From: Pseudomonadota bacterium
GTDB taxonomy: Bacteria; Pseudomonadota; Alphaproteobacteria; Rhizobiales; JANQQB01
NCBI GenBank assembly: GCA_038745065.1
Contig: JBCDLT010000013.1
Coordinates: 22,790-86,789 of the forward strand
Direction: 5' to 3'
DNA: 64,000 nucleotides
Both the position numbers and the translations under genes were made by a program. The notes under the pieces were generated by a model, which did not search any database, was not told the DNA's origin, and saw nothing but the letters and a program-made list of their open reading frames with translations. Shown here one piece after another: positions 1 to 8,358 of this stretch; position 1 is the stretch's first letter, and each line of letters begins with the position of its first letter.

Positions 1-2
1 TG

Positions 3-1322
3 CCCGTCCTGCTCAACACGCTGACGCGCCCTGATCTGCTCAACTATTACCTTTCCGACATGCAGGCGCGGCTTGCGCTGTGCGACGCGCCGTTCCTGGC
101 CACGTTCGATGCCGAGGCGGTTAGTGGCACCGGCCTCGAAGCGGTCATCGCCTGCAACGGCACCGGCCCGACCGCGGCACCGCAAACCCTGACGGCTGAA
201 AATTTTCTCGGCGACCGGTCCGCTTCGGCGGAGCCGGCCGATACCGGCCCGGACGACATGGCCTTCTGGATGTATTCCTCCGGATCGACCGGCCGTCCCA
301 AGGGCATCTTGCACCTGCACCACGACATGGCCTACACGGCCGAGAGTTATGCGGCCTCGATCCTCAAGCTGACGCCGGCCGACATCTGCTTTTCTGTCCC
401 GAAAGTGTTTTTTGCGTACGGCCTCGGCAATTCGATCACCTTTCCATTCCAGGCCGGCGCGGCGAGCCTCCTGATGCCCGGCCAGCCGAAACCCGCAGCC
501 ATTTTCGACGCGATCGCCGCACATCGGCCGACCGTGTTCTTCGGCCTGCCGACGCTTTACACCGCGCTCACACGGGCACCGGAGGCCGCGACCGCCGACC
601 TGTCGAGCCTGCGACTTTGCGTTTCGGCCGCCGAAACGCTCAGCGCCGATATCTTCAACGGCTGGAAGGCGTTGAGCGGCCTCGGCCCGGTCGAAGGACT
701 CGGATCGACCGAAGTGCTGCATATCTACCTGTCGAACACGGAGACCGAACAAAAGCTCGGCTCGGCCGGCAAACGCGTACCGGGTTATGAAGTCTCGTTG
801 CGCGACGCCGACGGCAACGCCGTACCCGTCGGAGAGGAGGGCGTGCTCTGGGTCCGCGGCGATTCCAACGCACCCTGCTATTGGAACCGGCCGGACAAGA
901 CGGCGGAAACCATGCGCGGCGATTGGATCTATACCGGCGACCGCTTCGTCGAGGACGCGGATGGCTTTTTTACATTCCAGGGCCGCGCCGACGATCTGAT
1001 CAAGGTCAGCGGCCAATGGGTCTATCCGCTCGAAGTGGAGCGCTGCCTTGCGGAACACCCCGCGGTACACGAATGCGCGGTGCTCGCACACGAGCTTGCC
1101 GACAAGCGCCTCTCGCTACGCGCAATCGTCAGGCTGTGCGACGGCATCGAGGCAAACGGCGCAATGACCGCCGACCTGCAGGATTTCGTCAAAGCCGCGC
1201 TTGTCCCCTACAAGTATCCGCGTTTTGTCACCTATGTCAGCGACCTGCCGAAGACCGGCACCGGCAAGATCGACCGCCAGGCATTGAAAGAGATCCCGGT
1301 GGCGCCAGAGCCCGTGCCCTGA
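3..1322 (+). CDS. AMP-dependent aryl-CoA ligase (benzoate/hydroxybenzoate-CoA ligase family), 5' end cut by window edge
   Basis: ORF 60..1322 stays open in the same frame back to nt 3. AMP-binding signature YSSGSTGRPKG; YTGDRF; GRADDLIKVSGQWV; C-terminal LPKTGTGKIDR. Confidence 0.85.
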   Translation, partial: PVLLNTLTRPDLLNYYLSDMQARLALCDAPFLATFDAEAVSGTGLEAVIACNGTGPTAAPQTLTAENFLGDRSASAEPADTGPDDMAFWMYSSGSTGRPKGILHLHHDMAYTAESYAASILKLTPADICFSVPKVFFAYGLGNSITFPFQAGAASLLMPGQPKPAAIFDAIAAHRPTVFFGLPTLYTALTRAPEAATADLSSLRLCVSAAETLSADIFNGWKALSGLGPVEGLGSTEVLHIYLSNTETEQKLGSAGKRVPGYEVSLRDADGNAVPVGEEGVLWVRGDSNAPCYWNRPDKTAETMRGDWIYTGDRFVEDADGFFTFQGRADDLIKVSGQWVYPLEVERCLAEHPAVHECAVLAHELADKRLSLRAIVRLCDGIEANGAMTADLQDFVKAALVPYKYPRFVTYVSDLPKTGTGKIDRQALKEIPVAPEPVP

Positions 1323-1364
1323 AAGCCGCTGCACCTTCTGCGGCCCGCGTGAAAAGGAGACTCC

Positions 1365-2414
1365 ATGGAAGGACGGCCCGAGGAAACGCCCGAACGCCTC
1401 GCGTTCTATGACAAGATCGACAAGCAGAACATGACACCGTTGTGGTCGGTGCTCGCCGACCTGGTGACGCCGGAACCGAAAAGTGGCTGCCAGGCTGCGT
1501 TCTGGCATTTTGACGACATCAAGACCGCGCTTTTGGAAGCCGGCGGTTTGATCACGGCCCGCGAAGCGGAACGCCGGGTGCTGATCCTGGAAAATCCCGG
1601 CCTGCGCGGCCAGTCGCGCATCACCACCTCGCTTTATGCCGGCATCCAGCTTGTCCTGCCGGGCGAAGTCGCCCCGGCGCACCGGCACACACAATCGGCG
1701 CTGCGTTTCGTACTCGACGGGTCCGGCGCCCACACCGCGGTCAACGGCGAACGCACGCTGATGCATTACGGCGACTTCGTGATCACGCCGCCGATGGCCT
1801 GGCACGACCACGGCAACGAGAGCGACGCGCCGATGTTCTGGCTCGATGGTCTCGACATTCCGCTGGTGTCGTTTCTCGATGCGTCATTCGCGGAAATGCT
1901 GGGCGAAGATGAACAGCCCATCGATCGGTCGCCCGGTCAGTCCTATTCCGAATTCGGCCACAACCTGGTGCCGGTGGATTCAGACCGAACGACCGCCAAA
2001 GCCGTCTCGCCGATCTTCAACTACCCCTATTCCTACGCCCGCGAGGCGCTTGACGGCATGACCCGCACCCGCGACCCCGATCCCTGCCACGGTCACAAGA
2101 TGCGGTACTCGAACCCACTCGACGGCGGCCACGCCATGCCGACGATCGGCACCTTCCTTCAGCATGTGCCGAAGGGCTTTGCGACCGCGCGCTACCGGTC
2201 GACCGATGCGACGACCTTCGTTTGCGTCGAGGGACGTGGCCGCACGCGGATCGGCGAGGAAACTTTCGAATGGGGCCCGAAGGACCTGTTCGTGGCGCCA
2301 AGCTGGCAACCGGTCAGCCACGAGGCCGACGAGGACGCGGTCCTGTTTTCCTATTCCGACCGCCCGGTCCAGGAAAAACTCGGCCTGTGGCGCGAGGATC
2401 GCGGCAACGCGTGA
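1365..2414 (+). CDS. gentisate 1,2-dioxygenase (bicupin)
   Basis: 349 aa. Cupin metal motif PGEVAPAHRHTQSALRFVLDGSG and overall family-typical sequence (ENPGLRG...TTSLYAGIQLV). AAGGAG Shine-Dalgarno about 6 nt upstream of the ATG. Confidence 0.85.
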   Translation: MEGRPEETPERLAFYDKIDKQNMTPLWSVLADLVTPEPKSGCQAAFWHFDDIKTALLEAGGLITAREAERRVLILENPGLRGQSRITTSLYAGIQLVLPGEVAPAHRHTQSALRFVLDGSGAHTAVNGERTLMHYGDFVITPPMAWHDHGNESDAPMFWLDGLDIPLVSFLDASFAEMLGEDEQPIDRSPGQSYSEFGHNLVPVDSDRTTAKAVSPIFNYPYSYAREALDGMTRTRDPDPCHGHKMRYSNPLDGGHAMPTIGTFLQHVPKGFATARYRSTDATTFVCVEGRGRTRIGEETFEWGPKDLFVAPSWQPVSHEADEDAVLFSYSDRPVQEKLGLWREDRGNA

Positions 2415-2485
2415 GCGGAATCTGTGGTAAGAGCGGGCGCCGTCGCCCGGCGGCGGCATCCTGCACACCAATATCGGATCCGATC

Positions 2486-2998
2486 ATGGCCCATTGCCAC
2501 AGGAAATCGCGCCGCGCCGGAGCGCAATGCGCCAGCCTTGCGCTGCTTGTCTGCCTGTTTGGCGCGTCGTCGACCAGCGCCTCCCGGGCGCAGGACTTCG
2601 TTGAGATCGGCCTGCTCGATTGCATCGTCGGCAGCGGCTCCGGATTTGTGTTCGGGTCCACCAAGGACCTGCGCTGTGAATTCCGGAAACGGAACGGCGA
2701 TCTCGAACCGTATTTCGGCGTCATCCGCAAATTCGGCCTCGAACTCGGATCGACGGAAAGCTCCGTCATCCGCTGGGCCGTGCTGGCACCGATTACAGAG
2801 ATCGGACCTGGAGCGCTGTCAGGCGATTATGTCGGCATCTCTGCCGAAGCGACCGTTGGTGTCGGCGTCGGCGCCAATGCGCTTCTCGGCGGCGGCCTCG
2901 AAGGATCGATCGCCCTGCAGCCGTTCAGCGTGCAATCCCAGGAAGGATTCAATGTGGCGGTCGGCATCGCCGAACTGGAGCTGCGCTCGCTCCAATAA
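2486..2998 (+). CDS. DUF992-family secreted protein
   Basis: Internal ATG of ORF 2222..2998 (codon 89). Signal-peptide-like N-terminus (ASLALLVCLFGASSTSASRAQD). GLLDC..GSGSGFVFGSTKDLRCEF..YFGVIRKFGLELG pattern, which I recognise as DUF992. Confidence 0.65.
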   Translation: MAHCHRKSRRAGAQCASLALLVCLFGASSTSASRAQDFVEIGLLDCIVGSGSGFVFGSTKDLRCEFRKRNGDLEPYFGVIRKFGLELGSTESSVIRWAVLAPITEIGPGALSGDYVGISAEATVGVGVGANALLGGGLEGSIALQPFSVQSQEGFNVAVGIAELELRSLQ

Positions 2999-3000
2999 AG

Positions 3001-3648
3001 TCACGCCAGCAGGCGCATCAATTCCGGGTTCGCCCGTATATCGGGATGGTCGCGGTTGAGAATCGACCGGGCGATCATGTTGAGCATGCGCGCGAGATGC
3101 GCCCGCAATTCAGTTTCCGGGTCGATATGCCTTGCCCGCACCAAGTGGATCAGGCCGTGCAGCGCCGCGACCGTGATGACCCGCACGTGGACCGCATTGC
3201 CGGTGACCAGTCCGGCATCGAGACAGGTCTGCAGGACAGTACCGGCAACGCCGATGAACCGGTCGCGCGCCGCGTTCAGCTCCGCGGCCGCGCGCTCCCT
3301 GTCTAAGGCTTTGCCGGTCATCAGGTCGAACACGGCCGGTTCGTCCATCGCAAACGCCACATAGGCTTCCGAACAGCGTCTGAGACGCGTGAGCGGATCG
3401 GGTTCAGCCTCCAGAACGGTTTCATAGCGCGCAGTCAGACGCCTGTAGCCGGCGGCGCGGATCCCATCGAGAATGTCCTGCTTGTCGCGGAAATAGGAAT
3501 AAGGCGTCGACCGGCTCATGGCGGCAGCATCCGCCAGCGCCCGCAAGGTCAGCCGGTTCGGGCCGTGTTCGACCAGCAGACCGGTCGCGATCCGCACCAG
3601 CGCTTCTCGGCCCGTTTGACGGTCGGTCTCAGTCAGCTTGGCGATCAT
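3001..3648 (-). CDS. TetR family transcriptional regulator
   Basis: HTH LTLRALADAAAMSRSTPYSYFRDKQDIL. I prefer the internal ATG (codon 21 of ORF 3001..3708) because the longer ORF would run through the operator-like palindromes at 3696-3721. Confidence 0.85.
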   Translation of the reverse strand: MIAKLTETDRQTGREALVRIATGLLVEHGPNRLTLRALADAAAMSRSTPYSYFRDKQDILDGIRAAGYRRLTARYETVLEAEPDPLTRLRRCSEAYVAFAMDEPAVFDLMTGKALDRERAAAELNAARDRFIGVAGTVLQTCLDAGLVTGNAVHVRVITVAALHGLIHLVRARHIDPETELRAHLARMLNMIARSILNRDHPDIRANPELMRLLA

Positions 3649-3695
3649 GATCGGAAGGTCCTGTCCGGTGCCGGATCGTGCGTCCGATCTTACAT

Positions 3696-3721
3696 TTGAC
3701 AAAGTCAATTGACATTGTCAA
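3696..3721. promoter_or_regulatory. tandem palindromes, candidate TetR operator in the TetR/cupin divergent region
   Basis: TTGACaaaGTCAA immediately followed by TTGACAtTGTCAA (two perfect inverted repeats, 26 bp in total), 35 nt upstream of the cupin ATG. Each contains a TTGACA -35-like hexamer. Confidence 0.5.
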
Positions 3722-3755
3722 ATATACTGCAAATCCCCGTAAAAACGAGGCCGTC

Positions 3756-4268
3756 ATGTCGACCAAACCCGGATTGCTGCTCAAGGCGGACCAGATCGCC
3801 GCCGCTCCCGAAGTGCATTTCCGTCATCCGCTCAACCCGAATTCCGACATCTATCTGAGACCGCTTGCCGAAGTCGCCGGGTTCGAACGGCTGGGCCTGT
3901 CAATCGGAAGGGTGCCGCCTGGCCGCGACAGCTTCGTCTACCACTCCCACGAACGCGACGAGGAGTTCCTCTACATCCTGGCCGGACGCGGCCGCATCGA
4001 CATCGACGGCACGGTGTCCGATGTGGGCCCGGGAGATTTCATGGGATTTCCGACGCCGTCGGCCGGCCATCACCTGAGCAACCCGTTCGAGGAGGACCTC
4101 ATCTACCTGATGGGCGGAGAGCGCTCGATGGGCGATATCGGCCACTTCCCGCGACACGGAAAAAAGGCGCTCAAGATCGGCACCGGATTCTTTTTCGTCG
4201 ATGACGCCGCCATAGAGCAGCTGGACATGGAAAAGGCGTTTCCCGACGGATTGCCGGCTATGGAGTGA
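3756..4268 (+). CDS. cupin domain protein
   Basis: Internal ATG (codon 27 of ORF 3678..4268) preceded by ACGAGG. Cupin_2 motif SFVYHSHERDEEFLYILAGRG...GDFMGFP. Confidence 0.75.
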   Translation: MSTKPGLLLKADQIAAAPEVHFRHPLNPNSDIYLRPLAEVAGFERLGLSIGRVPPGRDSFVYHSHERDEEFLYILAGRGRIDIDGTVSDVGPGDFMGFPTPSAGHHLSNPFEEDLIYLMGGERSMGDIGHFPRHGKKALKIGTGFFFVDDAAIEQLDMEKAFPDGLPAME

Positions 4269-4273
4269 CGGCC

Positions 4274-5470
4274 CTACTTGATCAGGAGGCCGCGCGGAAC
4301 GTTCGCCAAGCACTCCGCCGGACCGGTTTCCCGAATCCGGATGCTTTCGGTGATCTCCAGCCCCCAATCTTCCATCCACAGGCCGGTCATAAAGTGAAAG
4401 GTCATGTTCTCGGCAAGCACGCCGCGGTCGCCGCGACGCAGGGACATGGTGCGTTCGCCCCAATCGGGCGGATAGGACAGGCCGATCGAATAGCCGGTAC
4501 GGTTGTCCTTGACGATTCCGTATCGGTCGAGCACGGAAAAGAAGGCGTCGGCGATGTCTTCGCAGAACGCCCCGGCCCAGGCCTTTTCGATCCCGGCATC
4601 AAGTCCTTCCAACACGGCCTTTTCGGCGTCCAGCAGGACCGGCGGCGGCCTTCCGAAAAACAGCGTGCGAGACAACGGACAATGGTAGCGCCGGTAGACG
4701 CCGGCAATCTCGAAGAAGGTACCCTCGCCGGTCTTGAGCGGCTTGTCGTCCCAGGTCAGATGCGGTGCCGCCGCATCGCTTCCTGACGGCAGCAGCGGAA
4801 CCAGTGCCGGATAGTCGCCGCCGGTCCCGGTCTCCGGGTCGAAGCGCAGGCCGGCATCGTAGATCTCCGCCACCAGATCGCATTTGCGCATGCCCGGTTC
4901 CGCCGTCTCGGCAATGCGGGCATGCATGCGTTCCACACGCCGCGCCGCGATCCGCATCGTCTCGATCTCCCGTTCCGACTTCACGGCGCGCTGCCAGTTC
5001 ACAAGGCCCGTTGCATCGCCGAATTGCGCGTTCGGCAAGCCGGATTTCAGCGTTTCGAACGCCGCGGCGGAAAACCAGTAATTGTCCTTCTCCACGCCGA
5101 TCCGCGCCCGCTCTCCGCCGCGTGCCGCGATTTCCAGGGCAAGCACCTGCATCGGATGCCGGTCAGGCGATTGAACATAATGGTCGGCATAGCCGATGAT
5201 GTCGGCATCGGAGAGATAACAGGTGCGCCGGGCCCCGTTTGCATCCTGGCCGCGCCCGAACCAGACCGGATCGCCCTCCTGCCCCATTAGCACGCCCTGA
5301 TGCACATAAAACGACCAGCCGTCGTATCCGGTAAGCCACGCCATGTTCGACGGATCGGAGACGAACAGCATGTCCAGGCCGTCCGCCGCCATGGCCGCGC
5401 GGACTTTCTGCAGCCTTTCAGCGTATTCCGCGCGGCTGAAATAGAGATCCGTTGCCGGCATCGCTCCCAC
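4274..5470 (-). CDS. M24 family metallohydrolase (creatinase / ectoine-hydrolase DoeA-like)
   Basis: 398 aa. The creatinase-type N-domain plus pita-bread fold pattern (MAWLTGYDGWSFYVHQ..., YRRYHCPLSRT, GYSIGLSYPPDWGE) resembles the DoeA/creatinase subgroup. Confidence 0.75.
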   Translation of the reverse strand: MGAMPATDLYFSRAEYAERLQKVRAAMAADGLDMLFVSDPSNMAWLTGYDGWSFYVHQGVLMGQEGDPVWFGRGQDANGARRTCYLSDADIIGYADHYVQSPDRHPMQVLALEIAARGGERARIGVEKDNYWFSAAAFETLKSGLPNAQFGDATGLVNWQRAVKSEREIETMRIAARRVERMHARIAETAEPGMRKCDLVAEIYDAGLRFDPETGTGGDYPALVPLLPSGSDAAAPHLTWDDKPLKTGEGTFFEIAGVYRRYHCPLSRTLFFGRPPPVLLDAEKAVLEGLDAGIEKAWAGAFCEDIADAFFSVLDRYGIVKDNRTGYSIGLSYPPDWGERTMSLRRGDRGVLAENMTFHFMTGLWMEDWGLEITESIRIRETGPAECLANVPRGLLIK

Positions 5471-5490
5471 CCGTGTCGTCCTTCCGTCGG

Positions 5491-6072
5491 TCAGCCTCCG
5501 GCGTCATGCGCCCGGGTTCCGACAACCTCGCCAAGATCGTTCCAAACCGTCTGCTCGGCAAGCTTTCCGTCACAAACGACAAACCGGTCGATGAACCGGA
5601 TACCGGAAAACCCGGTTCCGTCCAGCCAGATGCCGTCAAGGGTTCCGAAGCAATAGACGACGACCCCGTCCCGACCCGGCACCACGTCGAAACCGACATA
5701 GGATTTGTCTACGGAGCGGTACCGCCGACCCGCCCATTCGACCAGCGCTTCCAGCGTCGTAAATCGGTGTCCTCCCGGAAAGGTCATCGTGAAATCCTTG
5801 TCGAGAAACCGACGCGCCGCTTCAAGATCCCGCCGCGCCATCGCCGTCAGAAAATTCCGTACCAGGGTTTCCGGATCGGGCAGCGGCGCACCGGGTACTT
5901 TCGATGTCCGCCCGCGCATATAGCCTGCCGAAGCGACCTCTTCGATGGCCACTGTCACACCGTCAAGCGGAGCGGCGATGACAGAGCGCACCGCGTCGGT
6001 CAGGCGCTCTGCGATGCGGATCCGGGTCGCATCATCATACCCCTCGATCAGCGTGACCTTGATGACCGGCAT
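5491..6072 (-). CDS. 4-oxalocrotonate tautomerase-family domain fused to SnoaL/NTF2-like domain
   Basis: N-terminus MPVIKVTLIEGY... (Pro-1 tautomerase hallmark, about 60 aa). It is followed by an NTF2-like region of about 125 aa (LVRNFLTAMARRDLEAARRFLDKDF...FIDRFVV.DGKL). 20-nt gap to the M24 gene downstream. Confidence 0.65.
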   Translation of the reverse strand: MPVIKVTLIEGYDDATRIRIAERLTDAVRSVIAAPLDGVTVAIEEVASAGYMRGRTSKVPGAPLPDPETLVRNFLTAMARRDLEAARRFLDKDFTMTFPGGHRFTTLEALVEWAGRRYRSVDKSYVGFDVVPGRDGVVVYCFGTLDGIWLDGTGFSGIRFIDRFVVCDGKLAEQTVWNDLGEVVGTRAHDAGG

Positions 6073-6112
6073 TGTTCTTCTCCCGAAAATCCAGCTTGCA
6101 TTGGACTTAAAA

Positions 6113-6126
6113 GTATATTGTTATAC
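6113..6126. promoter_or_regulatory. candidate GntR/HutC operator
   Basis: GTATAttgtTATAC palindrome (GT..AC with AT-rich core, the generic GntR-family operator shape) in the 81-bp divergent region. It overlaps a possible TTGCAT-N17-TGTTAT promoter for the GntR/ABC operon. Confidence 0.4.
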
Positions 6127-6153
6127 CATTATAGGAAAGCCGAGACCGGGATC

Positions 6154-7053
6154 ATGGCGCAACCGCTTCCACACGTGCATCAGAATGGCCATGCCGCGCC
6201 GGATGGCGGCGTGACCGGGTTGGTCCCCGAGTCCCGCGTTCCGCTTTACCACCAGATCTACGTCGTCCTGCGCAATCGCATCGTGTCCGGACAGATCGAA
6301 CCGGGAGCCCGCCTGCCGGGCGAACAGGATCTCGCCGAAACCTTCGGCGTTTCGCGCATCACCGCCAAACGCGCACTCAACGAACTTGCCACCAGCGGTC
6401 TGGTCATCCGCGAGCGTGGCCGCGGCACCCGGGTCGTGCCCTCGCCGCCGCGCCCCGCCGTGCGCACTGCTCTTGAAGGTTGGCTTGAGAACATTTCGCT
6501 GATGGGCGTCGCCACCGACGCGACCGTGCTCGAATTCGACTACGTGCCGGCAACGAAAGAAGTCGCCGAAGCGCTCGACCTTGCCGAAGGCGACAGCGTC
6601 CAGCGCGCTGTGCGCGTGCGCTCGCTCGCCGGCGAGAGCCTGTCTTATCTCACCACCTGGCTGCCGCGCGAAATCGGAGAGGCTTTCGACGCCGACGACC
6701 TGCAGCGCCTGCCGCTCCTGCATCTCCTGGAACGCGGCGGGATCAAGGTCAGCGCCGCCCGCCAGACCGTCACCGCGACCCTCGCCGACCCGGCCGTCGC
6801 CGCCGCGCTTGCGATCGATGCCGGCGCGCCGCTTCTGGAAGTATCGCGGATCGTCTCCGACACGGCCGGCCGGCCGGTCGAATACATCCGCGTTCTCTAT
6901 CGCCCGGACCGCTATCAGTTCGAAATGGACCTGAAGCGGGTCGGCGACGAGGAAAGCATGCGCTGGGCGGCCGGCCCCGACCCGGCGCTCGGCAACGAAG
7001 AAACAAATCAACCGAACAATCAAACGTCACAGGACAGGAGGGATATGTCATGA
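6154..7053 (+). CDS. GntR family transcriptional regulator, HutC subfamily (wHTH + UTRA)
   Basis: Internal ATG (codon 235 of ORF 5452..7053). The upstream part of that ORF is antisense to the tautomerase gene. wHTH LPGEQDLAETFGVSRITAKRALNELATSGLVIRERGRGTRV. The stop overlaps the next start (ATGA at 7050-7053). Confidence 0.85.
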   Translation: MAQPLPHVHQNGHAAPDGGVTGLVPESRVPLYHQIYVVLRNRIVSGQIEPGARLPGEQDLAETFGVSRITAKRALNELATSGLVIRERGRGTRVVPSPPRPAVRTALEGWLENISLMGVATDATVLEFDYVPATKEVAEALDLAEGDSVQRAVRVRSLAGESLSYLTTWLPREIGEAFDADDLQRLPLLHLLERGGIKVSAARQTVTATLADPAVAAALAIDAGAPLLEVSRIVSDTAGRPVEYIRVLYRPDRYQFEMDLKRVGDEESMRWAAGPDPALGNEETNQPNNQTSQDRRDMS

Positions 7054-8279
7054 CGGACAAAAAAACCGTGGGGAACGGTCTCAGCAGACGCCACATGCTG
7101 GCCCTGTCGGCGGGCGCCGCGACAATCGCGGGTTTTCCGGCGATCCTCAGGGCGCAGGCTGCCCCGATCAAGGTCGGTCTGGTTCACCCGGTGTCCGGCT
7201 GGGGAGCGTTTTCCGGCAATCAGTGCCGCCAGGGCGCGCTGCTTGCCATCGAGGACATCAACGCGGCCGGCGGCATCAAGGCGCTCGGTGGCGCAAAACT
7301 CGAGGCGGTGCTCGCTGACAGCCAGTCGAAGCCTGAAGTCGGTGCAGCCGAAACCGCCAAGGTGATCGAAGGCGGCGCCCAGGCGATCGTCGGCGGTTAT
7401 GCCTCGTCGATCACGCTCGCCACCACCCAGGAAGCCGCCAAGACCAACACCCCGCACATCGTCGATGTCGGCGTCTCCGACAAGATCGTCCAGCGCGGCC
7501 TGAAGAACACGTTCCGCATGGGGCCGGGTTACGGCACGATCGCCAAGTTCGCCGTCGCCAACCTGAACACGATCAACCAGGCCTCGGGAACGCCGGCCAA
7601 GACCGCCATGATCATCCACGAAGAATCGCTCTTCGGCACCGGCACGGCGGGCCTCCTGCAGAAGGAGCTTCCGGGCATCGGCATCGAGGTCGTCGACGTG
7701 ATCAAGCACGCCAACCCGACCCGCGACTTCACCAACATCGTGCTGCAATTGAAGTCGAAACAGCCGGACCTCATCATCCCGGCAAATTATTACAACGAAT
7801 ATGTCCTGCTCGCCCGCACCATGCGCCAGCAGAAGGTGACGGCAAAGGGCATCTATTCGGTGCTTGGCGGCGCGGCCTCCAGCTATAAGTTCGTCGCCGA
7901 ATTCCCCGAAGCGGCCGAACATATCATGGACTGCAATCACTGGTTCAACCCGAAATCGGAAGCCGCCCTCGCCCGGCGCAAGGCGGCCGAGGCCAAGGAC
8001 CTGATCTATACCTACGAAGTGTTCCTGGCCTACAACGCCGTCGCCTTCCTGGCCGATGCGATCGAGCGGGCCGGCTCGACGGACAAGGATGCGGTCAATG
8101 CCGCGGCAGCGGAATCGACCTGGGACGGCCACGCCATGCCGTACGGACCGACCAAGATGGTCGACGGCCAGAACCAGGGCGGCCAGCCGGTGAACACCCA
8201 GGTGCTCGGCGGCGACATCAAGGTGATCTTCCCGGAGGAATTCGCCTCCGCCGAAGCCGTATTTCCGATGCCGGCCTGA
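7050..8279 (+). CDS. ABC transporter substrate-binding protein, Liv/amide (PBP type 1) family, Tat-like signal
   Basis: LSRRHMLALSAGAATIAGFPAILRAQA signal. KVGLVHPVSG..ALLAIEDINAAGG is typical of the LivK/AmiC family. AGGAGGG SD lies inside the GntR tail. Confidence 0.85.
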   Translation: MTDKKTVGNGLSRRHMLALSAGAATIAGFPAILRAQAAPIKVGLVHPVSGWGAFSGNQCRQGALLAIEDINAAGGIKALGGAKLEAVLADSQSKPEVGAAETAKVIEGGAQAIVGGYASSITLATTQEAAKTNTPHIVDVGVSDKIVQRGLKNTFRMGPGYGTIAKFAVANLNTINQASGTPAKTAMIIHEESLFGTGTAGLLQKELPGIGIEVVDVIKHANPTRDFTNIVLQLKSKQPDLIIPANYYNEYVLLARTMRQQKVTAKGIYSVLGGAASSYKFVAEFPEAAEHIMDCNHWFNPKSEAALARRKAAEAKDLIYTYEVFLAYNAVAFLADAIERAGSTDKDAVNAAAAESTWDGHAMPYGPTKMVDGQNQGGQPVNTQVLGGDIKVIFPEEFASAEAVFPMPA

Positions 8280-8302
8280 GCCGGAACGTCACACGTGCAA
8301 GA

Positions 8303-8337
8303 GCGAACCGGCGGCCCCGAACGGTCCGCCGGTTCGC
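8303..8337 (+). terminator. intercistronic GC-rich stem-loop after the binding-protein gene (attenuator / mRNA-stabiliser type, no U-tract)
   Basis: GCGAACCGGCGG (8303-8314) pairs with CCGCCGGTTCGC (8326-8337): 12-bp perfect stem, 11-nt loop. It sits 24 nt after the stop codon. Confidence 0.45.
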
Positions 8338-8358
8338 CTTCCCTTGGCCTGACCTGAC

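Noticed and set aside
5452-6153. 5' extension of the 533-aa ORF 5452..7053.
   Set aside because: The first 234 codons are antisense to the tautomerase/NTF2 gene and are Arg-rich nonsense. The GntR wHTH begins shortly after the internal ATG at 6154.
7020-8132. Long antisense ORFs opposite well-supported genes: 7020..8132, 9179..10237, 13749..14903, 18606..19727, 35182..36633, 54874..56010, 61213..62709 and 62676..63842 (all minus strand), plus 42015..43157 and 43306..43902 (plus strand, alternative frames).
   Set aside because: In high-GC DNA the GC3 bias of real genes suppresses stop codons on the opposite strand and in shifted frames. The translations are Arg/Gly/Pro/Ala-rich low-complexity sequences with no recognisable motifs. 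Each overlaps a gene with clear family signatures.
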